Source of the DNA: Vezdaea acicularis
Lineage: Eukaryota
Reading direction: 5' to 3'
Assembly (NCBI GenBank): GCA_026025075.1
Contig: JAPEUI010000150.1
Location: 1-35,219 of the forward strand
DNA length: 35,219 nt
Shown: piece by piece, positions 1-11,964 of the stretch
How positions within the stretch are numbered: position 1 is the stretch's first letter
Layout of the letters: every line of letters begins with the position of its first letter
Position numbers and translations under genes: made by a program
The notes under the pieces: model-generated
What the model saw: only the letters and a program-made list of their open reading frames with translations
Database searches by the model: none
What the model was told of the DNA's origin: nothing

Positions 1-344
1 CCCCGCCCCTCTCTCCCCCCTTTCCCTTGCGCTCACGCCACCTACCAAAATGCAAGTCTCCAACGCGGGTACCATCCTTCTAATCTAAAGCCAGATCATA
101 TCTAAAAAGGTCTATGTATGTATACCAGAATCGAACGCCTGGCGCAACTCCCATTCCACTTTCCATCAAAGAATCTAGAGAAGAAAAGAAAAGAAAAACA
201 AAGCCAGCGGCCTATTCTTTAGCCGCTGCTGATGCAGAGTGTAAACATGAAGAAAAGAATTTCAGGGCTCGCTAACACACAAAGTCTATAATGCTCCCGA
301 CTCTCCACCCTTCATGAAGCAGAAGCCTACGACGAAACCAAAGT

Positions 345-3300
345 CTAAGAGGAAGTCGGCGCGACCGTGCCCGTCGTGCTGGTCCCAGGCGGGCTCGGAA
401 ACGGCGTGGTGAGCTGATCGCCACTTGCGTCGGTAGTCGAGTAATAGAGATTATACTGTTTAGGCCCACCACAGAGCTCGTTGGTATTGCCCATGCAGGG
501 CATGGTGCAGGCCTTGGAGCCGGTGAGGGTTGAAGGCTCGGGGGAGGGCGGGGCGGTGGCGCCGTAGCATTCGCGGGCGTATTCGATGCCGACGTAGCGG
601 TAGGTGGTTGGGGTGGCGGAGGAGAGGGCGCCGAGGGCGTAGCTGATGCAGAGTTCGGGCGTCATGGAGTCGTCCGCCCAGAGCATTTTCATGTTGTGGC
701 CGGTGACGAGGTCGGCGTAGCAGCCGGCGGAGTAGAAGCCGGATGTTGCTGTGGGGCTGGAGGTGGCGGAGGAGGTGGGAGAGGAGGTGGTGGACATGGT
801 GCTTAGGGTTGTGGGGGTTGTGGAGGTACTGGAGGATGAGGTGGATGAGGTAGAAGTAGTGGTAGATGTTGAAGAGGATGAATCGGAGGAAGACGACGAC
901 GACGATGAGGTGGATGTTGAAGTAGATGAAGACGAGGAGCTCGAAGTTGAAGTCGAAGTCGAAGTCGAGCTCGAACTTGAGCTGGAGCTCGAGGACGACG
1001 TTGAAGAGGATGACGTGCTGGTTGTCGAAGACGTGCTAGACACACTAGTCGACGAGGACGACGACGAACTCGAGCTGGAGCTAGAGCTTGAGGATAAAGA
1101 TGTCGAGGTCACGCTACTCGATGAAGAAGAGGATGTCGTATTTGCCGGTGGCGCAAGAGCAAACAGGTTGAGTCTGCTGCTGCCACCACAGTACTCGGAA
1201 GAGTTGCCTTTGCAGAGCATATTGCAGCTCGACGGCGTAGCCAATGTAGCGGCAGGATTGAGGGTGTTGCCACACCAACATTCTCTGAACAGATATGTCA
1301 GCCTTGAATAAGTAATTTTTAGATATAGCGACTTACCGTCCGTACTCAATACCAGCCCACTTGTACATATAACACTTCGAAAGGCACAGATCCTCCGTCA
1401 TCGTGTCATTGGCAAGAACCAACGTCGAGAGTGCTCGAGGTCCTGTCGGCTCTGCGACACAGCCATAGTAGGTGAAGTTCGGACTACCAGAGATGATCAC
1501 AGGTGGTCCGGTATACGTGGCAGGTGGCGTCGTTGATGTAGACGAGCTTGACGAAGTCGATGAAGTCGTTGAGGTTGTCGTGGAGTTTGCAGGCACCGAG
1601 CTAGATGACGATGAGGAAGACGTTGACGAAGATGTGGACGAAGATGTTGACGACGACGACGACGAAGTAGTCGTGTTCGAGGGCGGCGCAAGGGTGAACA
1701 TCGTGAGTCTACCGCTACCTCCACAGTACTCCGAGGAGTTGCCCTTGCAGACCATATTGCAACTCGACGGCGTAGCCAATGTAGCAGCAGGATTAAGGGT
1801 ATTACCACACCAACATTCCCTGCATAGACAAATCAGTCATGAGTGAGAGATCGCTAGACGTGGTCACTTACCTTGCGTATTCAATACCAGCCCATTTATA
1901 CATATAGCATTTCGAAAGGCACAGGTCTTCCGTCATCGTATCGTTAGCAAGAACCAACGTCGAAAGCGCTCGAGGTCCTGTAGGCTCTGCGACACAGCCG
2001 TAGTAGGTGAAGTTTGGACCGCCAGGGATGATCACAGGCGGGCCGGTATATGTGGCTGATGGCGTCGTTGAGGTAGATGAGCTCGACGAAGTCGATGAGG
2101 TCGTTGAGGTTGTCGTGGAGTTTGCAGGCACCGAGCTAGATGATGAGGATGATGACGTCGTCGACGTTGTCGTCGTATTTGAAGCTATTGAGGAGCTGCT
2201 GCTACTGGATGAGGTAGTACTAGTCATTGAGGAACTGCTACTGCTGGAGGAAGTTGAACTGGTAGGGATGCTGTCTGGGCCAGGTGTATATCGGCTAGAG
2301 TCGTAATAAATGTTGATATATGTGCCTGGGCCACCACATGATTGCGTCGAATCTCCGGGACAAGGCCAATTACAGTAGTGTAGACTCTCCGAAGTATACT
2401 TAGAGGCCAGAGGTCCATTGGCAGTCTTGTTTCCGCACCAACACTGCGAATGATACTCGGTCCCTGCAAAGACATAGCCAGCCTTGAAGCAGGCTTGCTG
2501 GCACATACCGTTCTCGTTAGAGGTAGCATTCGTGTATATGTTGTTTGCCAGTTGACGACCAGTTCCATCCGCGTAGCATCCTAGATACGAGTATTTGGAT
2601 GTGCCATTGGGAAATGACGGCCCAACCTGCTGAGAGACGATATTTGCAGTTATTTGAACGTCCTTGACACCGAATGTGACGTCATCAGTATTCAGGATCC
2701 AGACGTCAGACACAGTATCGACAGGTCTGTTAGGACCTTGAATTACCCCGTGGATGTCGACTGGCCCATAAGCGCACGAGTTGACAGGGATAGATTGGCC
2801 TTCGTGCAAGTCAACGCTAGGATGCTCAGCATACAGCTCAGTGTCGATCGGCGGCTTGCTCTTAGTGATCAGTAATGCCGATCCGCCTGAGTTGCAGATA
2901 CGAATACTCTTCGTGGAAGTATTGCCGGCAGGAACATTGCCAAAGTCCATGATCAAGCTCGGATCCCATCCGCCCTCATTAGTTGATATGGAGATGTTGG
3001 CGATAGGTGCAGTACTACCACTGCCAACAAAGAGAACGTATTCGTTTCCACCATTAGACCAGATGTTAAGGAAGCTCTGGAACTGGCCAGTAGTATTGGT
3101 GAAGAAATTGAGTGGCACTGTGACTGAGACGCCAGGGTCCAGTGTAGAGCCAACAGCTGGAAAGTCAGACGAAGTGAAGGCGCCCGCTTCACCGATGACT
3201 GATACCGGAGCATTGTTCAAAGTAGCTTGCGTGATATTGGTATAGCTATCACCATCAGGGTCCAAGCTCCAGGCAAATCCTGTGAATTTTAGAGTCTGGC

Positions 3301-5752
3301 TTCCGACATTTTGAATAATCATAGCTGCGGAAAGCCCAGTTGAGGAGCCTGTGCCTCCAACGACTATGCCTCCGAAATCGACTTCAGCAGGGGCAACCTT
3401 GAGGAAGGGCGCCTTGCTGACGGTAGTGCCTTGTAAAGTAATTGGCAGTTGGTTTGAATACTTTGGCGTTGTGTTGATAGTAGTGATGGTGAGCGCGGTA
3501 GACTTGACGCCTGGCTGAACCGACCCGAAAGAGGCATTTTGGGCATTGTTGACGTTCGCATTCGTCAGATTCCAGGTTACTGGGAACGAGAAGTTCTGAC
3601 CCGGGACCAGAGGACCGGTGGGAAGCGTGGCATTAGATACTTGGAACGTAGGATCCCCAGTAACGGCTCCTGCAATCTTGGCGATGGAAATAAGAGCAGT
3701 GCAGTTAATCGTAATTGTTGATGTGTTTCCAATGTTGACCTGGCCAAAATCCACTGGCTGGGAGCATTTTAGTGGTAGAGAAACGGGTGAGCCAAGGCAG
3801 ATGATGTTACCATTCGTGTCTGAGACGTAAAGACGACTATCACCGAAAGCTGGTCGCTGGAATTTGTTAAGGCCGCCGGTCGGTGGCAATACGAACTTGG
3901 TCAGTACGCCAGAACTGGTAGGCACTGCGTTATAAGCTCGGAGACCTCCGTCTACATCCGTTACCCACAGGATTCCGGTTCCCGCTTGGCCTTTGTATGA
4001 TGTGATGGTGGGAACGCCTACCCCGACCCGTCCAGCACTCACATCCGGCGTTTGTCCGACTAAGGTGAACAATGGAGCGCCGTTACCATCTAGACCGAGC
4101 TTATAGCAGGCAGTAGGGTACCCGATAGGAGTGAAGTAAAGATAGCCTAGAAGATCATTAACTTTCGTCCGACCCCAGCAGGTTACAAGTACACACCTCC
4201 TTCAAGGGGATACGACCCAGAGCCACCGAACACCGGACCTTGCGCAATAATCGTCTGAACAACGGCATCGGTTCCACCTGAGCCTTGCTTGAAACCTCCA
4301 AGATTGTCGGCGTTCATGATATATGCTTTTCCGTTCTTCCCGATTGTCACAGCGAGCTTCTGAACTCCGTTTGTTCCCTTGAAGACAGAAGGGTCCAGGA
4401 GAGCTACACCGCCCGAGCCAAGATCACGATCCCCTTGATCCATACCGATATATTCATATGGCTCAAAGTAATCCGAGAGACTCAGCTTTCCGTTGCCGTC
4501 GACAGCCAGATTGACCACGCATTCGTCCAAAGTGGTCAGACCCGATCGTCCAGAGGCAGGAATACCTTGATTGACATGACCTTCACCGTTACCGGTCGCG
4601 AAAAAAATGCGGTTTCCGTCGGTGGAGATGCCCATGCCACCAGCCCAAATACCGGCCTTGCCACCATTTTGTTGTGTATAGTCAAGCGACTGTGGTGAGG
4701 GCGCTCCAGGGCTAACTTCCATAGCAAAAATACTCGTAACACCGACACCGGCAGTCTTACTAACGGCAATAGCCATTCCAGTATAATTGAAAAGATCGCA
4801 ATGCCCACCAAAAGCTCCAATCACGGTGTTCCCAACTACAGCAAGAGCCTAGAAGAGTCAGCACCATTTTTCACATATACAGTTAATGCTAGTACAAAAC
4901 GCTGCACTGATTTTGAGTGATCATGTAACCCCCTTGGCGGGGACACAGAGAAATCAACAGACATGATTTTGCAATCGAAATAGCCTGCTATCTTATGTGC
5001 TATGCCGCCCAGACTTCTATAAAAAAAATGGTGTTGTAGAAGATCTGGGCAAAGAAACTTTGCGTGTATAAATGAAGGGGGAGCAACTCACAGGGCGCTG
5101 AAGAACTGTCCCTCCAAGGAAGTACCTGGTAGGATCATTGTCGGCGTTATGGCCGTCGATTGTGATTGGGAAACCGGGTACATCATTTAGGGTGTGGATG
5201 TCAACGGCAAAAAACTTGTATATCCCGTTGAGTACACCTCCACTCGAAGCCCCGCCCTTGTACCCCTTGGAGAAGAAGTATACAATTTCAGTAGCAGGGT
5301 CAAGCACTGGGGTGCCGATAATTCCAATGTAGTTGGGGATGTCGGTACAGCCAATGTCGCTCTGCAAGAATGGGGGCATGACTTGGCGCTGGTTGAGCAA
5401 TGTACCATTGACTGCATCCAACGTCCGAATGTAGTTCATGGCTGACGCCGTGAAAACCAGCTGAGAGCCGCCATTAGGCGTGTAAACCAACGGCTTTGCA
5501 TACCACAGTTCTTTCGAATTGTATGTATTCTTCCATAGAACACCAAAGCTGGAAGAATTTATTGTTGCAGGTTGCTGATCTTGTCAGCATACGTCCATGC
5601 ATTGTTGAATTTCTCTTCCGGCATACCATATTATGATTAGGTAGATAGCCGGATTGCAAGGAATCGGCATCTTGGATACTATCAGTTGCCGCTAATGAGG
5701 CAACGAGCCATGGGATAAAGCCAAACAGGACGAAAAGAGCTGAAAGATACAT
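345..5752 (-). CDS. Large secreted WSC-domain protein (~1652 aa): signal peptide, probable PQQ-like beta-propeller, three Ig-like (ASH/choice-of-anchor-D-like) domains, four WSC domains with Ser/Thr linkers
   Basis: Exons 5752-5627, 5574-5092, 4848-4197, 4146-1872, 1819-1337, 1284-345. All introns are GT..AG, and the spliced length of 4959 nt is open to the TAG at 345-347. Hydrophobic N-terminus MYLSALFVLFGFIPWLVASLA. Four WSC patterns (Y.GC..., AG.EY..ECWCG, C...C.G....CGG). Three repeats of the (V/M)DFG.V..G Ig-like motif. Confidence 0.9.
1120..2155 (-). repeat. Internal tandem duplication, period 535 bp (WSC domain + Ser/Thr linker + intron)
   Basis: Identical strings recur at an offset of 535 (e.g. 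tggagtttgcaggcaccgagctagatga at 1581 and 2116; cagtactc at 1189 and 1724). Each copy has a 52-nt intron at the same codon position. Confidence 0.92.
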
Positions 5753-7706
5753 CTTAAAGAAAGTAAACAATCTCCAAAACTGAGAAAGCAGTAACGAATG
5801 TGTGGGTCGTACACCGTTAGACACTAGATGGTCTAACCTGGTAGCAGACGCCGGGGAGATCGAGCAAGCAAACGGCCGAGGACTACGTGTGCGTGGGACG
5901 CATCAAGGCTTTATGGCTCCACGCCGAGCCAGGTGTTCGTCACGAAGATAGCACTAGAGCGGCAGCCGGATGCAGCAAATCTCAACCGCAGACTTGGAGC
6001 AAACATGCAGAGCTGCAGCGGCGCATTCTCCACCAAATACGAGTGACGCACATGGCGAGAAACGCCTCCCGGAAGGCAGAAATAAGACTTTTAGTGCCAT
6101 TCCAGTGCCGCCGTGCAGGCTCATGGGGGCTAAGATTCTGCCAGAGACACCTTCGAGACCCACGACGGCTCCATTTGGATGGAAGGCAAGCAAAGACTGC
6201 AGACCCGGCAGAATCCTAAAGCGTCTGGCCGCATGTGACAAGGTCTAGAGGGGAGATGAATGCTGATGCGAGGTTCTCGACGCCTTACGGGCTGCAAGGT
6301 CATAATAGCAACTCCTAGCTGTGAGGCGGCTGGGTAGGCTTCGCCGCACATCTGCCGGTTTGCAAGCAAGATAGAAAGCGTGAAAAAGACAGAACAAGAT
6401 TGGAACCGTTGTTCCAGCCGTTACGAGCACACGAGCATAGGGGGAAGGGAACGGGCATCGGCTCCGATCGCCAAGATAGACGCTGTGGCTTGGCTGTGGT
6501 AAAAGGAGCCCCCCCCTCGCTCAGCTCGGATCCCGCAAGCCAAGATCGACAACTGTAGAAGCGTGGTCGTCGAGTTTCTTGCAGCATGACTCAGTTCAGG
6601 CTTGATTCGACAACGCCCAAAGGCTTGTCTTGACGCCGACTTAATCTTTCGTGTGGTCGTGATGTATTTTCTACAATGGAGGAGCTTCTGAGGCTGCGTC
6701 ACAGGGCGGTCAACGTGTTGTGGGCGAATTGATACCTCTCCAATACGCCCTGTTGAAGTTTTTGGCGCGCCCCTAACCGGTTCTGGCATGCAACCCTTTG
6801 AAAAGGGCTAATCTTCTTCTGGACGTCCACTGCTGTTAGTTTATTTTCCGCCACCAAGTACCTGCAGATGGTTTGGTGTCCAGTCGTGAACCAAGTCCGG
6901 TCGAAACTAGCGGGACGGAGTGGGATCTGGCTCCAAAGATGGTAGAGCACGTTCGGTCGGGATCCAAAGAAAGGGGACGACCGGAGCGCTAGAGGGGACG
7001 TGGCAGAGCCGGCCGTTGGGGCCAAAACAGCTTTCATAGCGCGAAGGAAAAAATCGATATTTGGATGTGGAGCTGTTGTCACGGAGGTGCTTCCTTTTTG
7101 ACCACAGTAGGGCGTCTCTTTTCCGAGCCCTCACCCTCTCTCCCACGTCGTCCCCGCGCTGCACGACGCTTGAAGGTTTGCTGGAGGGATCATTTGACGC
7201 GCATTGCGTTCTTACCTCATCGATTATGCGTGTCTGCGCATTCCTGAATCCGCGTCCGATCATGTACCCTCGTACCACGTCAGATTCTTCTGGCGCATTT
7301 TATTCCTTCGACATGGAAAGCTACCCAATGCCGTCGTATTCCCCTTTCCCTCATGGGGGGTGCGGCAATCCAATTTCCCCCAAGCCAGGGATAGCGGCAC
7401 GATTTGAGCGGCGCGCCATCGGCCCGCCCCTGTACCTGCGCCAATGCCAGAAGAAAGCAATTGTTCCGCCCAGGAGCTCTGCGACGCGACTCTGATTGGA
7501 CGATCTTCTCTTTGAGTATTCCATTGGTCGAAAAAACAACCGACGCCAGTATTCCATAAGCGATGCCGGCTATTCAACTCACCGCCCGCGGTATATAACG
7601 CCCATCTACCGCGATCTCTTGGCACTCTCCTAGCCAGCACGCCCCCACTGGCCCTAGCCCTTGCTTTTGGGCGCTCTGAGTCTCTCCGCCTGATCGAGTC
7701 TCGAAA

Positions 7707-7793
7707 TTGGTGACGTACCAGTCCTTGGCGAGTGGCTCGACGAACTGAATTTGGTGACATGCCAGTCCGTGGCGAGTGGCTCGACGAACTGAA
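7707..7793. repeat. Two-copy 44-bp direct tandem repeat in noncoding DNA
   Basis: ttggtgacgtaccagtccttggcgagtggctcgacgaactgaa at 7707 and ttggtgacatgccagtccgtggcgagtggctcgacgaactgaa at 7751 (3 mismatches). Confidence 0.9.
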
Positions 7794-8588
7794 GCCTCGT
7801 GATGTAGCGCGCGCCTTCAAAAAGCTTTTCCTGCCCGTGAACTAAACAACACGGGCGAGGTCTTTGCAATCAACATGAGCACCCGGGAGCTGTTCCACGA
7901 ATAACGTTCGACACCCTATTCATTGTAGGCGACATCCTAACAATCAGGAGGAGTCACGTGGAAGGCCGGACGAGAGGAATGCCAGGCTTCTAGAACACTC
8001 GCGTGAAAGGGCAACGTCTAGGACGTGAACGAAGTACATAACAATAAGCAGGTTCGAAAAAGGGTCTCTCCAGACGAGTCGCACAGTAATGTGGTGGGTT
8101 TCAGACCAAAAGCTTCTATTTGGATTTTGCACCTGCATGAGTTAGAGTTCAGAAGATGCGTCTGCTTTTCACTCAAGCCCTGACGCCCCAGTGACCGAAG
8201 CATATGGGATATATCATGCCAGCTTCATGCGGTTATTGCTCTTCTCGTGACCTTGCCAATGACAGCTAGGAAAAATGTCACCATCTAATAGTGACGAGCA
8301 TACCTCTGGCCCGTGGGTAAAAACGGAAAATCCATACCACTCAACTTTGCTGGGGTTTTCCCCTCAATCCTTTGCGGACCGTACAAGCTTCCTCGCGGTC
8401 CCTGTTGCACGGTCCATATTACACCCCAAGCATGGCTTCTTATGCGAGGTTATTTTCTGTCTCAATGAAAATGGGCCATTACTTAATGCCCCTTGTGTTA
8501 TTTTCTTTATCAACGTGCAAGTTTGGAGTCTTGTTCTAGCAAGAAAGCAAACTGTTCTCCTAGTCATCGAATATTACAGAATCCTACA

Positions 8589-9106
8589 ATGAATATCAAG
8601 GGACATCTTACTGTTTTACTTTCATTCCTTTTGGCTCTCGCCCACAATTGCTATGGCAATCTAGGCTACAGACGTGCGAATGAAAGACTCAGTACGTTTC
8701 AAAATGGACAAAGAGGCTTCTCAGATAAATGCTAATCGCCGGAAAAGTCAGTCCAACAAGCCTACAGAACTCTTCGAATAGTTCAACCTTCTCCAATTCT
8801 TCCTCGGGGATGATTCTACCTTCTGCTAGCACCAACTTATCCTCGATCGCCTTTACGAATTCCTCTGCAGTGAACCACACCTTGTCAACTCGAAAAGCCA
8901 CTTCGTCCGCCTCGTTCGCTGGCTTCGTCAATTCTACGTATGGAAATAACCTTGCTCCAGCAACTGGTTATGCCACAGCCCCAACCGCAGCTTCCAACGG
9001 TATAATTGGCTCCCAAGGTGGATATTTTGCCCCGTCAACAGCCGTCCCCATGTCAGGTGCCTCTTCCAATGCCTCCACGGCTCTCACAGGAGGAAGAGGT
9101 TTCTAG
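8589..9106 (+). CDS. Small secreted Ser/Thr/Asn-rich glycoprotein (~153 aa), possibly truncated by a premature TAG
   Basis: Exons 8589-8691 and 8748-9106 (intron GTACGT..GCTAAT..AAG) join in frame. Signal-like MNIKGHLTVLLSFLLALAHNCYG followed by RR, then many N-X-S/T sequons. Confidence 0.6.
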
Positions 9107-9482
9107 TCCTCAGCTGCTGGTGCCACGTGCTCAAGCTTTTCTAATCATCTGCGGGAAAGTGGAGGGGGCTTTGGTGCGTTCATCAACGTTATCAATGACA
9201 TTCCCAAAGGAAAGGTCGCACGGAAAGGGCAAGTGCTGCGATATGATGCAGCATAAGAGACAGCTCTTACGCAAACGGTAATACTCTGGCTGGCAGAGCC
9301 AGGGCGGGACAAGAGCTGAGCATCTCGCTATCTGAAGCACCCATAAGCTGCAAATACAACACGCCGTCCAGTAGCTCAGCAGCGATTCTAGACTCAACCA
9401 AATGAGACGTCATTCGACTGTTTCCCGGTTCATCTCTCCTCTCTCTCTTACGCCACCCATCCCCCGCTCTCCTCGAGCTTCA

Positions 9483-10336
9483 TCAACACCCGAGCAAGAT
9501 GGTAGCCTGGACCTGCTTGTCCGCAGTGTTATAGACCGACGCCTTGCTCAACGCTGGAACCTCGTCACAGCCCTCATCCCGCAGGATAGCCTCGATTTGT
9601 GAAATATCCAGCGAGTCCGTACCCTGCACCGCTACTGCGACTTTGTTTTGAACCTCCGTTGAGTAGCAGCTTGTGCCGATTTGCGGCGCGCCGCGAAAGG
9701 CGGCGTAGTACGCGGCTGGAGGCATGGCACCGGGCGGGATAGCGGTCCGGTTATAGGCTGTGAAGAAGGTGGCCGGAAGCGAGTAGGTCGCATTGTAACA
9801 ATCATTATAGACCGTAATATTCGATGCATTGAAGATGATGAAAGGAGAGGGGCTGGCGACGGCGAGGGGGAGTTGGTAGGAGTTGGAGAGGGTGGTGGTG
9901 CTTCGGGAGGCCGGCGCAGGCTTTTTCTTCGCAGAGCTGCCTTGCGTGGGCGACGGAAGGGGCGTATACATGTTCTCTACAAGGGTGTTGGCGGAGCCGT
10001 CCGCGAAGAAGGCAACACCGGTCACGGAGCTGGGGTTCACCCATCGGTAGAGCGTTGCTGCCATCTGACCCGTCGTGCATATGTAAGGTGAGTCGCGTGT
10101 TCTGTTCCCGCAAGTCGCGAGAAAGGGCGGATGGACGGTGGAAAAGGGGAACTGGTTCGCGGCATGAGATGTTGGAGAGGGGTTTGTGTGGTTGACTGTC
10201 CGCTGTTAGCGAGAGGATGGGTTGGTGGCGAACTCGAGGACTTACTACCGACAGTCGTGGTGAGTTTACCGCGGCATTTGCTCATCAAGTTCAGGGCAAA
10301 CATTGCATATAAAACCGAACGTTCGTTGAATCGCAT
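9483..10336 (-). CDS. Hypothetical, probably secreted protein (~267 aa)
   Basis: Exons 10336-10246 and 10195-9483 (50-nt intron GTAAGT..GCTAAC..CAG) give an 804-nt open frame: MRFNERSVLYAMFALNLMSKCRG...TCGNRTRDSPYICTTGQMAATLYRW... Several Cys and N-glycosylation sequons; the signal peptide is weak. Confidence 0.65.
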
Positions 10337-10587
10337 CTTGAGACAAAAAGGACTTGGGAGTGTAATCGGTTGCTTCCCTGAAGAAAATTGGAAGCCCACG
10401 CCTTAATATGAAAGGGTGTCAATTTTCGAATTAAGACTCCGCCGTCATCAAGAAGTAACTTTGCTCTTACGATGTGCTCATCCATGGGTCTGTGCTATCC
10501 GTGCCGCACAGTATTTGTCTGTGGAACTACGGAGATTGAGCGAAAATCCTCCTAAAGCTAAACCCTCGTATCTGACGGGTCAGAGCT

Positions 10588-11964
10588 TCATATTGAGAGA
10601 TCCGTAGGGTCTATCAAAAGGCTCGAAAGCAGCGGGATATCCTTTCTCCGACGATATTTCTGCGACCCACTTGCAGAGAGTGGGTCGTAGGCACAGAGAT
10701 CTCGTCTGACTGTGCCGCAGGTTTGCTTCTCTTTATCTCCTATCGTGAGAGGAAAGGAGCCTATGAAAGGCTGACCAGTGTAACGCGCTCTGCGATCTGA
10801 TCGTTGACGCAAGTTGATAGTGCCATCACCTGTGGGAAAGGCCTCCAGACCAATGAACCCCCCATTTTGGATACGTACACTTTTCCGCGGCTCAGGGTCC
10901 GAATCATTCACCTTGACATTGCAAAAGCAGGTGCTCTGACACCAGATATTCACAGCGAGCCTTCGTATGTACTCTGACTGAGGGTCTGAATATTGCCGCA
11001 GGGGCGCGGAGAGCAAGAAACTGGGACTGTCGTCGGGTACTAGTTAGTGAGCTTCATTAATTTGTTCTGAAGGGGTTGGTTACTGTGCTAGGAATTCTTC
11101 AAGCTCAAGAGAGGATGAAGCCTTTCCCTTACGACAAACAGCACCAGCGTTCCCCTTTCCAGTGCCCCCAAACCAAGTCGCCGCACATAGCCCCTGGCTG
11201 GTAATCAATGGACGAAAGCCGTTGATAATTCCGTATGAAGGCCTTCCCTCACTTGGAGCACCGAAAGGGGCCGGAAGGCGCCAGCTGGGATATGTGCCTA
11301 CACATCTTGGTTTCTCGTATTTCTTCTGGTCTGGAAATATGGCTTTAAACTCCGGACGTCCACCGTCTGACTCAGGCGCTATTTTGAGCGTAAAACCGGC
11401 AATGCCACCGCCATCATGCAGATATGCAATATAGATTCTGCCTGCATCATAAGGTGCCGGAGGGTCGGACTCAGATTCGCGGATCTCCCGCGAAATCTCG
11501 CTGGACCAATTGCGTTCTTCTGTCAGTGAAAGATTCACATCCGCCGGACATCTACACCTTATCCGACAGAATGTGGCAATGTCCCAATAACCACCAGGAG
11601 TCCAATCTGACGCGGTTTCAAACACCAAGTACCCAGTAACAGTGCCGGGAACACGGTGGCAGTACATGCCTGCGTTCCACCTCGAGTTTCCACCGTACTT
11701 TGCCTTGGCGCAGAGCTGTCGAGGATGATCATAAGTGGCTTGCTGACCTTCGTCCCCTGTAGCTATAACTGTCCACTGCGCTGGCACAGGGCCAATACAC
11801 CTGATCTGTGCTGAGAAATCGTACGGCCCATCGTCTCGACCTTCTAAATATCCTCCTGGATGGGTAAGAGGAAAGCTTACGGAATCAGTGAAATCCAGAG
11901 GGGATCCTGACACCGCTATAACATATGTAAGGAGCTGAGAAAGGTAATATATGACAGATGCCAT
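10588..11964 (-). CDS. Secreted cysteine-rich protein (~439 aa) with two tandem copies of an unrecognised 6-Cys module
   Basis: Signal-like MASVIYYLSQLLTYVIAVSG. Exons 11964-11084 and 11026-10588 (57-nt intron GTAACC..CTAAC..CAG); an alternative GTAAGG..CTAACTAG intron also preserves the frame. Repeated motif LCAxxx[YF]GGxxxxNAGxxC...CxxxCxC. Confidence 0.7.

Noticed and set aside
751..2306. Plus-strand Asp/Glu/Val-rich ORFs (751-1311, 1472-1846, 2007-2306)
   Set aside because: They are antisense shadows of the Ser/Thr codon runs in the WSC gene.
7707..7793. CRISPR-like repeat
   Set aside because: Only two abutting copies with no spacer, in a eukaryotic context without cas genes.
5887..8567. 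Numerous 60-186 aa ORFs on both strands
   Set aside because: They overlap, lack motifs, often use non-ATG starts, and show no consistent splice structure.
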